64,000 nucleotides of DNA from the human T2T-CHM13v2.0 reference genome, Homo sapiens. The stretch lies in NCBI RefSeq assembly GCF_009914755.1, contig NC_060928.1. One strand, written 5' to 3'. The position numbers were made by a program, and so were the translations under genes. Positions 33,130-48,954 of the stretch are shown here, piece by piece (position 1 is the stretch's first letter; each line of letters starts with the position of its first letter). The notes beneath the pieces were generated by a model, which ran no database searches, was not told where the DNA came from, and saw only the letters and a list, made by a program, of their open reading frames with translations.

Positions 33130-33441
33130 CAAATTGTAAAGACCTTTGATGCTAGGAAGAAACTGCATCAACTAACAAGCAAAATAACCAGCTAACATCA
33201 TAATGACAGTCAGGTTTAGTAAGGAAAGTTGTAAAGAAAAGAGACTAAAATTGTGTAAAAAAAGGTCTTGTTTGGTTAACTTTAGTCCTAAAGTAAAATG
33301 GTTATTAAAAAAAATTAAGACAAAATGAAAAGTCCACTCATGTTATGGATGGTCTTTGTAAGTTATATGTAGTTTTTTCCTGTTTCTGTGTATATCTGTC
33401 TTTGTACACATGCAGACAAAATAGAATGTTGGAAAAGTTTA

Positions 33442-34442
<1,001 letters not shown>

Positions 34443-34445
34443 TTT

Positions 34446-34463
34446 TGGCGACCACAAGGGGAC
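34446..34463 (+). other. Primer binding site (tRNA-Arg type of ERV9)
   Basis: TGGCGACCACAAGGGGAC, 3 nt after the 5' LTR. Confidence 0.8.
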
Positions 34464-35689
34464 CATTATCTATCGCCAAGCAGTGAGTACCATCGGACCC
34501 CTTTCACTTGCTATTCTGTCCTATTTTTCCTTAGAATTTGGGGGCTAAATACCGGGCACCTATCAGCCAGTTAAAAGCGACTAGCGCAGCCGCTGGACTA
34601 AAGACATGGGTGTCAGGCTTTCTGGGAAAGGGCTCTCTAACAACCACTGAGTCTTTGGGGTTGGGAGCATTGGTTTGCCTGGAACCAGCTTCCACTTTTC
34701 CTGTACTTCTGGTATGAGCCGAGGGTTGACAGAGAGGAAAGCCATTCAGCTCCAGGGCCCCGACAAGCTGGTTGACCCTGCGGCCATGAGCAGAACTCTC
34801 AAAGGCATGTCGCCCAAGCGAGACTCGCCCATCTATCCTATCTATCCTGACCCTTCCCCCCTGGGTCCTAATGCCTGCCAGAAAAACTTCCTCTCACCTC
34901 TCTTCTCCAAGGCTAGCATCACTTCTAAAAATCACTCCCTGTCTCTGGTGCTTTCCTAGTTTCTCCAATAAGAATGATTTCTAGTGTAAACTCCAGGACT
35001 CTATTCCCTTCTTCAGGTACCTGACCTGAACAATCAGACACAATTTTTGTCCAAAGCCCCATCGTAGGGGGGACTATCTGGAATTTTAGGATCCCTCCTC
35101 AGACAATCAGGCCTAGCAAAAGCTATTCCTGAATATAGGATATGGGGAGCCTCAGAAATTGTATCCTACCTATTCATATAAGTGAGGATGAAAGGTGTCA
35201 CTCTTCCAACCCTGGAGATTGCTTCCTTCCCTCAGGGTATGGCCCTTCACTTCATTTTTGGGGCATAACATCTTTATAAGACACAGGTAAGGTCCCAATA
35301 CTAACAGGAGGATGCTTAAGACTCTAACAGGTTTTTGAGAATGTGTCAGTAAGGGCCACTAAATCTGATTTTTCTCAGTTCTCTTTGTGGTCTAAGAGGA
35401 AAGGCAAGGGTGCAGGTTTTCCAGAATGTGTCAGTAAGGGCCACTAAATCTGTCCTTCCTCAGTACTCTTTGTGGTGCAAGAGGAAAACTAGTGTTTCTG
35501 CTGCTGCATCGGTGAGCACAACTATTCCAATCAGCAGGGTCCAGGGACCTTTGCAGGTTCTTGGGCAGGGGTTTTTCTGCTGCTGTGTTGGTGAGCGCAA
35601 CTATTCCAATCAGCAGGGTCCAGGGACCATTTTGGGTTCTTCGGCAGCAGGAGAAAAAAACCAAAACCACAGGTGGTTTTGTCTTTCAG

Positions 35690-37153
35690 ATGGGAAACAC
35701 TCAGGCATCAACAGGCTCACCCTTGAAATGCATCCTAAGCCACTGGGACCAATTTGACACACAAACCCTGAAAAAGAGGCAGCTCATTTTTTTCTGCACT
35801 ATGGCCTGGCCCCAATATTCAATCTCTGATGGGGAAAAATGGCCACCTGAGGGAAGTATAAATTACAACACTATTCTGCATCTTGACATTTTCTGTAGGA
35901 AGGAAGGCAAATGGAGTGTAATACCTTATGCCCAAGTTTTCTTTTCATTGAAGGAGAATACATAACTAGGCAAAGCTTGCAATTTACATCCCACAGGGGG
36001 ACATTTCAGCTTACCCCCATATACTAGCCTCCCTATAGCTCCCCTTCCTATTAATGATAATCTTCCTCTAATCTCATCCACCCAGAAGGAAACAAGGAAA
36101 GAAATATCCAAAGGACCACAAAAACCCCCAGGCTAATGGTTATGTCCCCTTCAAGTTGTAGGGGGAGGGGAATTTGGCCCAACCTGGGTACATGTCCCCT
36201 TCTCCCTCTCTGATTTAAAGCAGATCAAGGCAGACCTGGGGGAGTTTTCAGATGATCCTGATAGGTGCATAGATATCCTACAGGGTCTAGGGCAAACCTT
36301 CGACCTCGCTTGGAGAGATGTCATGCTATTATTAGATCAAACCCTGGCCTTTAATGAAAATAATGCGGCTTTAGCTGCAGCCCAAGAGTTCAGAGATACT
36401 TGGTATCATCTTAGTCAAGTAAATTATAAAATGACAGCTGAAGAAAGGGACAAGTTCCCTACTGGTCAGCAAGCCATCCCCAGTATGGATCCCCATTGGG
36501 ACCTTGACTCAGATCATGGGGACTGGAGTCATAAACATCTGTTGACCTGTGTTCTAGAAGGACTAAGGAGAAATAGGAAAAAGCCCATGAATTATTCAAT
36601 GATGTCCACCATAACTCAGGGAAAGGAAGAAAATTCTTCTGCCTTCCTCGAGCGGCTACAGGAGGCCTTAAGAAAATATACTCCCCTGTCATCCAAATCA
36701 CTTGAGGGTCAATTGATTCTAAAAGATAAATTTATTACCCAGTCAGCCACAGATATCAGGAGAAAACTCCAAAAGCAAGCCCTGGGCCCTGAACAAAATC
36801 TGGAGGCATTATTAAACCTGGGAACCTCAGTGTTCCATAATAGGGACCAAGAGGAGTAGGCCCAAAAAGAAAAGCAAGATCAGAGAAAGGCTGCAGCCTT
36901 AGTCATGGCCCTCAGACAAACAAACCTTGGTGGTTCAGAGAGGACAGAAAATGGAGCAGGCTAATCACCCAGCAGGGCTTGTTATCAGTGTGGTTTACAA
37001 GGACACTTTAAAAAAGATTGTCCAATGAGAAACAAGTCACCCCCTTGTCCATGTCCACTATGCTGAGGCAATCACTGGAAGGTGCACTGCCACAGAGAAC
37101 AAAGGTTCTCTGGGTCAGAAGCCCCACACAAGATGATCCAACAACAGGATTGA
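35690..37153 (+). pseudogene. gag: HERV9 gag (stops and frameshifts)
   Basis: [16 protein letters not shown] start; MHR ITQGKEENSSAFLERL; zinc knuckle CYQCGLQGHFKKDC at ~36980; TGA at 37151. Confidence 0.92.
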
Positions 37154-39340
37154 GGGTGCCCGGGGCAAGAGCCAGCTCATGTCATCACCCTCACTGAGCC
37201 CTGGGTACATTTAACCATTGAAGGCCAGGAAATTGACTTCCTCCTGGACACTGATATGGCCTTATCAGTGCTAATCTTCTGTCCTGGACTACTGTCCTCA
37301 AGTTCTGTTACCATCCAAGGAATCCTGGGACCGCCTGTAACCAGGTATTTCTCCTACCTCCTCAGTTGTAATTGGGAGACTTTGCTCTTTTCACATGCCT
37401 TTCTTGTTATGCCTGAAAGTCCCACACCCTTATTAGGGAGGGATATATTAGCCAAAGCTGGAGCTATTATCTACATGAATATGGGGAACAAGTTATCCAT
37501 TCATTGTACCTGACTTAAGGAGGGAATCAACCCTGAAGTCTGTGCATTGGAAGGACAATTTGGAAGGGCAAAAAATGCCCACCCAGTCCAAATCAGGCTA
37601 AAAGACCACATCACTTTTCCTTATCAAAGGAAATATCCTTTAAGGCTTAAAGCTCATAAAGGATTACAGGATATTGTTAAACATTTAAAAGCTCAAGGCT
37701 TAGTAAGGAAATATAGCAGTCCCTCCAATACCCCAATTCTAGGAGAACAAAAAGCAAATGGTCAGTGGAGACTAGTGCAAGATCTTAGACTCATCAATGA
37801 GGCAGTAATTCCTCTATATCCAGTTGTACCCAACCCCTATATGCTGATCTCTCAAATACCAGAGGAAGCAGAATGGTTCACTGTTCTGGGCCTCAAGGAT
37901 GCCTTCTTCTGTATTCTCCTGCACTCTGACTCCCAGTTTCTCTTTGCCTTTGAGGATCCCACAGACCACATGTCCCAACTTACATGGACAGTCTTGCCCC
38001 GGGTGTTTAGGGATAGCCCTCGCCTGTTTGATCAGGCACTGGCCCAAGATCTAGGCCACTTCTCAAGTCCAGGCACTCTGGTCCTTCAGAATGTGGATGA
38101 TTTATTTTTGGCCACAAGTTAGGAAGCCTCATGCCAGCAGGCTACTCTAGATCTCTTGAACTTTCTAGCTAACCAACGGTACAAGGGTCTAGGTTGAAGG
38201 CTCAGCTTTGTCTACAGCAGGTCAAATATCTAGGCCTAAACTCAGCCAGAGGGATCAGGGCCCTCAGCAAGGAACACATACAGCCTATACTGGCTTATCC
38301 TTGCCCTAAGACATTAAAACAGTTGTGGGGGGTTTCTTGGAATCACTGGCTTTTGCTGACTATGGATACCCAGATACAGCAAGATAGCCAGTCCCCTATA
38401 TACTCTAATGAAGGAGACCCAGAGAGCAAATACTCATCTAGTAGAATGGGAACCAGGGGCAGAAACAGCCTTCAAAAACTTAAAGCAGGCCCTAGTACAA
38501 GTTCCAGTTTTAAGCCTTCCCACAGGAAAAAACCTCTCTTTATACATCACAGAGAGAGCAGGGATAGCTCTTGGAGTCCTTAGTCAGACTCGTGGGACAA
38601 ATCCACAACCAGTGGCATACCTAAGTAAGGAAACTGATGTAGTAGCAAAAGGCTGGCCTCACTGTTTAAGGATAGTTGTGGCGGTGGCCATCTTAGTGTC
38701 AGAGGCTAACAAAATAATACAAGGAAAGGATCTCTCTGGACTACTCATGATGTAAATGGCATACTAGGTGCCAAAGGAAGTTTATGGCTATTAGACAACT
38801 GCCTATTTAAATACCACGCACTACACCTTGAGGGACCAGTGCTTCAAATACATATGTGTCTGGCCCTCAACTCTGCCACTTTTCTCCCAGAGGATGGGGA
38901 ACCAATCGAGCATGACTGCCAACAAATTATAGTCCCGATTTATGCTGCCTGAGATGATCTCTTAGAAGTCCCCTTCGCTAATCCTGACCTTAACCTATAT
39001 ACTGATGGAAGCTCATTTTGGAGAATGGGATATGAAGGGCAGGTTATGCCATAGTTAGTGATGTAACCATACTTGAAAGGAAGCCTCTTCCTCCAGGGAC
39101 CAGAGCCCAGTTAGCAGAACTAGTGGCACTTACCCGAGCCTTAGAACTGGAAAAGGGAAAAAGAATAAATGTGTATACAGATAGCAAGTATGCTTATCTA
39201 ATCCTACATGCTCATGCTGCAATATGGAAAGAAAAGGAGTTCCTAACCTCTGGGGGAACCCCCATTAAATACAAGGAAATTATGGAGTTTTTGCATGCAG
39301 TGCAAAAACCCAAGGAGGTGGCAGTCTTACACTGCTGAAG
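37154..39340 (+). pseudogene. pol: HERV9 pro-pol (protease, RT, RNase H; no integrase seen)
   Basis: FLLDTD protease site; WRLVQDLR, LKDAFF and NVDD (YxDD mutated); RNase H NVYTDSKY. Confidence 0.92.
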
Positions 39341-39349
39341 CCATCAAAA

Positions 39350-39630
39350 AGGGGAAGGAGAGGGGAGAACAGCAGCATAAGTGGCTGGCAGAGGCAGGGA
39401 AGGACCAGCAGAAAGGAAAGAGAGAAAGAGACAGAAAGCCAGAGAGAGAGAGAGAGAGAGAGACAAAGAAGTAGTCAGAGAGAGACAGAGAGAAGAAGAG
39501 ACAAGAGACAAAGTCAAAGAAGGAAAGAGAGGAAGAGACAAAGAGGGAGTCAGAGAGAAAGAGAGAGACAGACAAAGAAGAAGTCAAAGAGAGAGAAAAA
39601 GAGAGATAGAAGTAGTAAAGAAAAAACAGT
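39350..39630 (+). repeat. Purine-rich (AG) low-complexity tract within pol
   Basis: Direct reading; such AG tracts are known in HERV9/W pol. Confidence 0.85.
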
Positions 39631-39899
39631 GTACCCTATTCCTTTAAAAGCCAGGGTAAATTTAAAACTTATAGTTGATAATTGAAGGTCTTCTATCTTT
39701 AACAACTCTCCTTACCCCTTTAATGGAATCCCTTTACTATTTCATCATGTTATTAAGCAGCATACTAACCATACTCTTTGCAATAGGACTACATACTGTA
39801 GCTCCTGCTGGGACAAAAATCTTTATCACATCAACCTTCTTTCTAACTTCCTTCCTTCTGACAGGAATTTACTCTTACCTTTAACTCAGACTGGATAAG

Positions 39900-41775
39900 A
39901 TTATCTCATCTTCCAGAGCACCTTCTTTACCTTCCTATTTACTCTTTACCTATCTATGCTTCCTGCTGCCTTGGATACCTCATACAATCACCCCTCCCCT
40001 TCCACTAGATCCTAATTGCCTCTACAAGACTCTCAACTTAACTCACTCTCTGTTAAACCAGTCCAATCCTTCCCTGGCAAATGACTGTTGGCTTTGTATT
40101 GCTCTATCAACCTCTGCTTACATTACCACTCCCCTTCCCTCAAAAAACTGGGTGTTTACCAACTTAACCTACCACCCTTGTTATGAAGGAAAAGACCCTT
40201 TCTGACTTCTAAATATGCAATCATTAGCCAACTTTCCCATCTCTGATAGGACCAAGAATACCCTAACATGACGTGCAATCCAACTTTTACATTCTTACAT
40301 TTCCAACCTCACCTATTACACAAGCAATGAAAAGCCCATACATGGCCCTGTAACTGTAAATACCATCTTAACTTTCCAAGCCTGTTTATGCATCCAACGC
40401 AACCTGTTATCAGTCCTGCCCCTGGGGCACCTACTACCCCATCAATGTAATTCCACCCTACAACTTCAAGCCCCACCTGATCATAGTAACTTCCGAGTCA
40501 CCCAAACAGCTCCATTCAGATGGTTTGTCTGCTTCTCGGCACCCCCAAGAATCATTGCCTCCCCACTGCTTAACAAACAGTCCAGGTTTTGTAATGGCAA
40601 ACATACTCCCTGCATGACCATTCACCCCTGGACCCCCTGCAGCAGTGCCCCCACCACTAGCGAATGTCTTCTCATCCCCTCTTTCAATCACTCTCTCGAA
40701 TGATTCCTAGTAGATACAAAATGGTTTTTTCTCCAATTGGAAAATAGAACACAACACAGGGAGCCACTCAGTTTCCTCCCAAAACCCCTTTCCAGTCGCT
40801 CACTGGAGCTACCTTGGTAAATACTCTAGGAGTATGGGAAAATGAAAACAATAAATTCAAATTCATACACCTTTTTAACATACACAAGTTCTGTCTACCC
40901 AGCCAAGGTATATTCTTCTTATGTGGAACATTGACCTATATCTGCCTCCCCGCTGACTGGACAAGCACCTGCACCTTAGTCTTTCTAACTCCCAACATTA
41001 ACATTGCTCCAGGAAATCAGACCTAATCAGTACCCCTCAAAGCTCAAGTCCATCAGTGCCGAACCATACAACTAATAACCCTACTTATAGGGTTAGGAAT
41101 GGCTACTGCTACAGGAACCAGAATAGCCAGTTTATCTACTTCATTATCCTACTACCACACACTCTCAACGGATTTCTCAGATAATTTTCAAGAAATAACG
41201 AAATCTATCCTTACTCTACAATCCCAAACAGATTCTTTGGCAGCAGTGACTCTCCAAAGGCACTGAGGCCTAGACCTCCTCATTGCTGAGAAAGGAGGAC
41301 TCTGCACCTTCTTAGGGGAAGAGTGTTGTTTTTACACCAACCAGTCAGGGATAGTATGAGATGCCACCTGGCATTTACAAGAAAAGGCTTCTGAAATCAG
41401 ACAACGCCTTTCAAACTCATACCAACCTCTGGAGTTTGGCATCATGGCTTCTCCCCTTTCTGGGTCCCGTGGCAGCCATCTTGCAATTATTTGGCTTTGG
41501 GCCCTGTATTTTTAACCTTCTTGTCAGATTTGTTTCCTCTAGAATCAAGGCCATCAAGCTACAGATGGGTCTTACAAACGGAACCACAAATGAGCACAAC
41601 TAACAACTTCTACCGAGGACCCCTCTACCAGCCCACTGGCCCTTTCACTGTCCTAAACAGTTCCCCTCTGGAGGACACTACAACTGCAGGGTCCTTTCTT
41701 CTCCCTTATCCAGCAGGAAGTAGCTAGAGCAGTCATCAGCCAATTCCCAACAGCAGTTGGGGTGTGCTGTTTAGA
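39900..41775 (+). pseudogene. env: HERV9 env (defective)
   Basis: CWLC at ~40086; ISD-like [17 protein letters not shown] and CX6CC (CTFLGEECC) at ~41252-41328; TM segment WLLPFLGP. Confidence 0.9.
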
Positions 41776-41783
41776 GGGGGAAT

Positions 41784-42621
<838 letters not shown>

Positions 42622-42708
42622 CTAATTAACATTGCTCATAGTTAAGAATCTTAATTTTGATGAAGATAAAAAATAAATATTACAAAGAAGTACATTGAGA
42701 GTTTGGCA

Positions 42709-43017
42709 TTTTTTTTTTCTTTTTCTTTCCTTTTTTTTTTTTGAGAGGGATTCTCACTCTGTTGCCCAGGCTGGAGTACAGTAGCAAGATGTTGGCTCAC
42801 TGCAACCTCCACCTCCAAAGCAATTCTCCTGCCTCAGCCTCCTGAGTAGCTGGGATTACAGGTGCCCACCACCATGCCCAGATAATTTTTCTATTTTAGT
42901 AGAGGTGGTGTTTCACCATGTTGGCCAGGCTGTTTTTGAACTACTGACCTTAAGTGATCTGCCTGCTTTTGCCTTCCAAAGTGCTGCAATTACAGGCATA
43001 GGACAGCACACCCTTCC
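42709..43017 (-). mobile_element. AluS
   Basis: Dimer with poly-T; degenerate TGGCA..TTTT TSD. Confidence 0.88.
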
Positions 43018-45344
43018 TGGCAATTCTTTTTTAATGTAGTTAAGCATGAAGCCAAATTTCACTCACATGCTTGCATTGCTTTATGCTATAGTTGCTATAT
43101 TGCATAGATGGTCTACCACTAAAGTAATTACTGGTCATGTATCTAAGTAAATTTTTTCATTGCACAAAATGGATAGTGTTATCAGTGGATTTAAAGACAT
43201 TAATTTGTATACCAGGAACGAAATATCTATTATGTGTTCTTTTAGGCTCCAGATAATACTCTAGCCTCCAAGGTAATCTGAGTAGGAGAAAAATTGGGGG
43301 TTGGTTTTCTGTTTGTTTGTTTTTGTTTTAATTGTTATTTATTTGCTGTATGATCTTTTTTGGGTTTTAATTCTGTATGCATATATTAAAACTATTTTTT
43401 TTAGTTTCTAATGGAAGGTTTTTATTTGGTTCTATGAATAGTCATTGTGTTTATTATGCATTTCCAACAATTCATTATTTGTTCTTTTTATTTAGAATTC
43501 TAAGCTACCTTTGTCAAACCTGAAAAAATTGATAAAGGACACTAGCCATTTAAAATTTGGTTGGTTATGCTTACTTCTGCTGCTCAAGAAAACTACAAAA
43601 GCTTTAGGAGTCCTGGCCAAAAAAATCCCCAAAACCTATTTTACAAGCTCTGAACAGAAATAGTGCACTATTTATTTTGTTATTTAAAAAAGCAGGGGAG
43701 AATAAAAATGTTTAAGTAGTGTCTACCTCCAAGGTAATTCAACTTAGTCAATGATTTGAGTTGGTTTCAGATCTTTCCCATTGGGTAATGACGAAAAACT
43801 GTGACGTGGGTACAAAATTATAATGTTAAAGAATTATTGGCCTTATATTTAAGGAAGTTGTATTGATTGGGAATTTTCTCAAACTACTTTAGTTGTGCTT
43901 ACTATTATTAAAATTAAATGACATTCATTAGCATTATGTAGTGCTAAAACTGTGAGACTTTCTGGTGACCTTTGATCCTGAGCCATTTATCTTGGATGGA
44001 CCTTTATGTGTGTACTTGAAAACAAAAATATTCAAGTGTGACACTGGTTTGAAGATTTTAGTGATGAAAGTGACCTAATCAGTTGTCAGTACTGTATCTA
44101 GAAACCAATTTTAGAAATGCATGATGATGCTCTTCAAATAGTTGAAAAGGAATTATTGGGTGCTTTTGTTCTTAGTTTTTCCTTGTTTTATTGTATAATA
44201 TTTAAGTGAAAGGAGATTATTTATCCTTATATTGAACTTTCAAAACTAAAATTTGCATTTACTTTTTTCTAATGATGGAGAGAAAAGTTAGTTGTCTTAC
44301 TTAAAGTTTGGCATAGGACCTAGTACATTTTCAGTGCTCTTGATCACAGTTCTGTCACTAGAATGCCAGGAATTAGACATATGCAGTGAGTAATCAAATA
44401 CTTCAATACAGTGGTTTGAAACGCTACAGACAGTAATTCATAGACACCAAATCAGAGTGTTTTAATTTGTGACATGTTAGAGAGTATGATAGAACTTTCT
44501 GTAGTATAAATAAATGTTCTTTTAACTAATTATTGTGTTGTTAAGTTACAGGGCATTGACTCTCTGGATCTGAAGAAGGCACCCATCCCTGCTAAACTGT
44601 GAGTATTGAAACCAGCTGCAGCATCGTCTTCAGACTCAGGAGAAGCTGAAAATCAAAATGAACTGCTTTTGTGAGACATGGTGCCAGAAATTAAAACTAT
44701 TAAATCATTATTAAATCCCTCTAGGACCAGGGACTATTGGGAAAATGAGAGCACATGTGATTCTAAGGGCTGATTTTGAGGGATAAAATTAATTCACAGT
44801 TTTTCTATAAATTAAACATTAATATCAAAAGTACACTGATGCAAGTCTAGCATCTGAGCCTGTGTGTTGGAATAACGGGGTTCTTTTGGAACATTAATCT
44901 CATTTTTTTTTTGTTTTATTGATCTTCTTTTCAATAGAAAATCATAAAAAGTTATAAAAAGTTTATGGAAATCTTACCTATGGTCGGTCTGATTTAAATT
45001 AGATTTGTTTAAAAGATTTTATTAAAATTAGCTTTAACATTAATAATATACCATTCAAAGGTAAAATTTGGTTTTCTCTTTTGAAGAAAATTTTTATGTA
45101 AAAGAGGATACAAGATTTGTGTTTACCTTTTGAGTAAATTGCAGGAAAACAATGAGGGGGAGACACAAATTTAGTTGGCCTATGCCTTCTTAAGTATTAT
45201 GTCTTATTATTTGGGAAACAATCTCCTTTCTATCAAAAGATAGATGTTTTGTTTCATCATATTGGCTAAATGAATGACTATTATATATATAGTGACCTGT
45301 TATTCTATTTTGTGATATCAGGTGTCTTAAAACTGATATTTTCA

Positions 45345-45662
<318 letters not shown>

Positions 45663-46360
45663 TCAAGATCAATATTTCAAGTTCTAAATTCAGTCTTTTT
45701 GATGTCAAACTAACTTTCTGGATATGAGGTTCCCTGAAGTCCAAGAGACACATATTAGGTTTACTAAGCTTTTGTGTTATGATAGAATTATGCAAGAAGC
45801 ATTGTCAAAATTCAGTGGTGTTTAGCTTCCTTGTATGTTGTAGGATTGTATGAGATTTCTAAAATTCTGATATGTCTTAGCAATAATTATGATTATTATG
45901 TCAACTTGTGGTATGCCACAGAAATAACCAAATTTCCTTGTCAACTGTGTCTTTAACTATGACTATCTTAAGATTTTTGTTATCCAAATTTTATGTTTTG
46001 CTTTGATCCTTCTCAAAACAATGGCATAATCAGCTACAGTCCAGGGCTTGCTTTATGGAGGGAGTTCCTGAAAAGGACTCTTTAATGCAGATTTCTGATA
46101 ACTTTGGATATTGTGCCATCACATTAGGGAAAAAAAACATGCTCTGCTCTAATTGAAAGGCTGACGTGTTTATAAAGATTACTAGCGCAATATGAAACAA
46201 GAGCTGATTGCATGGACTGAACTATTAGAGGAGTGAAGTAATTTTTATGTCTTTTTTTTGCTTGGAATATTGCTGATTCTTTTTTTTTTCATGAACTGTA
46301 GATTTTCCTGTGAGCTATTTATTGCCTTGATATATACTTCAAGTGTATTGAGTTTACATT

Positions 46361-46659
46361 TTCATTTTTTTTTTTTTTCAGATGGAGTCTCACCCTGTCC
46401 CCCAGGCTGGAGTGCAGTGGCATGATCTCAGCTTACTGCAACCTCCACCACCTCAGTTCAACTGATTCTCCTGCCTCAGCCTCCTGAGTAGATGGGATTA
46501 CAGGCAACCACCACCACGCCTGGCTAATTTTTGTATTTTCAGTAGAGACAGGGTTTCGCCACTTTGGCCAGGCTGGCTCGAACTCCTGACCTCAGATGAT
46601 CTGCCTGTCTCAGCCTCCCAAAGTGCTAGGATTGCAGGTATGAGCCACCACACCCGGCC
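46361..46659 (-). mobile_element. AluS
   Basis: Full dimer with poly-T. Confidence 0.9.
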
Positions 46660-47169
46660 TTCAGTATACATTTATAAACACAATTTGAGTCATATTTCTC
46701 TCTCTCTCTCTGTGCCTAATTGCCCCAGAATTAAAAACTATTTGTGAATATTCATAATTCATAGCAATATATTTGTTTGCATACGTTTAATAAGAAACTG
46801 TTTCTTTTATAATGAGACTCAGTTAAGAGACCTGGTTATTTTTCCAGAGCTTAGGCTAAAGTGACGCTGTGAAAGGTTCCAGCAAAATCAGTTCAGGAAA
46901 ACCTAAATGGGCAATTCTTGTACTCTGAGTGAGCAATCAGGCCAAGTATACGGTACTGATGCTGTTTTGCAGGTGGATTGGTCCTGCTGTGATTTGTTTT
47001 TGGTGGAAGTAGGGGATCAGAGAGAAACATTGTGTTTCAGAAGAAAATTCTAGCATTAGATTAACTTTTGATTCCTGGATAGCCACATGGTCACCCATTG
47101 TATGGAGCTCCCTATGATAGTCCTCCTCAGCATGAAGCAGTCAGGAAGATTGATGACCAGATTCCCCAT

Positions 47170-47423
47170 GCTGGAGTGCAGTGGTGAGATCTTGGCTCAC
47201 TGCAAGCTCTGCCTCCCGGGTTCACACCATTCTCCTGCCTCAGCCTCCTGAGCATCTGGGACTACAGGTGCCTGACACCACACTTGGCTAAATTTTTGTA
47301 TTTTTAGTAGAGACAGGGTTTCACCATGTTAGCCAGGATGGTCTCAAACTCCTGACCTTGTGATCCACCCGCCTCAGCCTCCCAAAGTGCTGGGATTACA
47401 GGTGTAAGCCACCACTCCAGGCC
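47170..47423 (-). mobile_element. AluY lacking its 3' end and tail
   Basis: Starts abruptly at GCTGGAGTGCAGTGG; Y-type CTGCAAGCTCTGCC. Confidence 0.88.
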
Positions 47424-47790
47424 TATAATTTTTTTATCTAAGTTCCTTCCTCAGGAAAGGAACTTCAGGCCTCTCAAAAAATTATTAAAGAAATGAAACT
47501 CACCAAATCACCACATCCAGACAGTGAGATGGCTAACCCTCGTTCATCATGATTGCTTTCTTTCCCTTCATTTGTTCCTGTTTTGTTATACATTGTTTCA
47601 TTTTTTTTTCCTGCTATATAAACTACTAGTTTTAGTTTCTCAGGGTGATGGATTTGAGATTGAGTTCTCATCTCCTCAGCTGCAATGAACGATTAAAGCC
47701 TTTTTCCTTGGCAATAGTCCTCATCTTAGTCATTGGATTTCTGTGCAGAGAGCAGCAAGACCCACATCAAACCCTCATGTTTTGGTAACA
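47424..47790 (+). mobile_element. 5'-truncated MER4-group LTR (same family as 6191, 56442 and 57333)
   Basis: GATTAAAGCC...TTTCTGTGCAG...TTTGGTAACA end. Confidence 0.8.
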
Positions 47791-48168
47791 AAGTGACCAT
47801 AGATTTTTCATTTGTAATTAAATTATCTTTTCTCTACAGTCAATCATGATGTTCCATGTGTCAAGCATAACAGTGAAAATTATAAATTAAACATTAAGAA
47901 TGATAAAAGACTATAACACTTTAAAACTAATATTAAAAGTAAAACAGCACAAACTAAATTTATGAATTTAAATAAATAGTGAGATTAAAAATAATGTATA
48001 ACTGTAAATAAAAATTATATAATGAAGATGAACAAAAATGACATAATATTTTCTCACAAAACTAGAGATAAGATTTTTGGTATATCTAAAAGAAATGCAT
48101 CTTTAGTGAGGTTAAGTTACTATATTAAATAGTTTAAAGAAATTATAGTTTCTAAAGGTTATAATTTA

Positions 48169-48493
48169 TTTACTTATTTATATTTTTATATTTATTTTAT
48201 TTATTTATTTTTGAGACTAAGTCTCTCTGTCGCCCAAGCTGGAGTGCAGTGACAGCAACCTCAGCTCACTGCAACTTCCGCCTCCTGGCTTCAAGCAATT
48301 CTCCTGCCTCAGCTTCCAGAGCAGCTGGGATTACAGGTATCTGCCACCATGCCTGGCTAATTTTTGCATTTTTAGTAGATATGGGCCTTCACCATGTTGG
48401 CCAGGCTGGTCTCAAACTCCTGACCTTAAGTGATCCAGCTGCCTTGGCCTCCAACAGTGCTGGGATTACAGGTGTGAGACACTGCACCTGGCC
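48169..48493 (-). mobile_element. AluS
   Basis: Perfect 16-bp TSD TAAAGGTTATAATTTA at 48153-48168 and 48494-48509. Confidence 0.93.
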
Positions 48494-48954
48494 TAAAGGT
48501 TATAATTTAATTAATCAGATCTTCCAGTGGGAAGTTCCCAGCATAGGGCCATCAACATGTGGAGTGTGGGCCTTTGCAGTATTAAACCTTCAGCATGGTC
48601 TCGTTAAATATTACCTTTATGGAATACACATTCTCCTTTCACAAACACACTTCAAGCTCCTATATAAAAATAAATATTGCTTGCTAGATTATTTATCGTT
48701 TGTTAATTGAACATCTACTAAAATTATTTAACATATTTGTTACTAAAGTTTATTACAAATTAAAAGATTTAAGTAAATATTTAACCTGGAGTTTTTTAGT
48801 AAAATTAGTTTTCTAGATGTAATGTTTTAATATATTTGGAATAACTGAGGGACAACTCAAAATAATATGCCAGGAGGAGAAAAGTGCATAGTGTTTTTAA
48901 TCCATATTCTATACATAAAACTTTAAAAATATTGTTATTTTTTGGGTTTATAAT

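Noticed and set aside
35330-35640. Two pairs of tandem repeats upstream of gag, and an ORF extending 5' of the gag ATG
   Set aside because: Leader repeats are a usual HERV9/W feature as I recall, and gag is broken shortly downstream.
39381-39647. Arg/Glu-rich 88-aa ORF
   Set aside because: Translation of the AG low-complexity tract.
39900-41775. env as a syncytin-like co-opted gene
   Set aside because: Start codon apparently lost, multiple stops including one in the ISD, and a degenerate furin site.
48249-48710. 153-aa ORF and other Alu-spanning ORFs
   Set aside because: Typical antisense-Alu frames with no splice or start context evidence.
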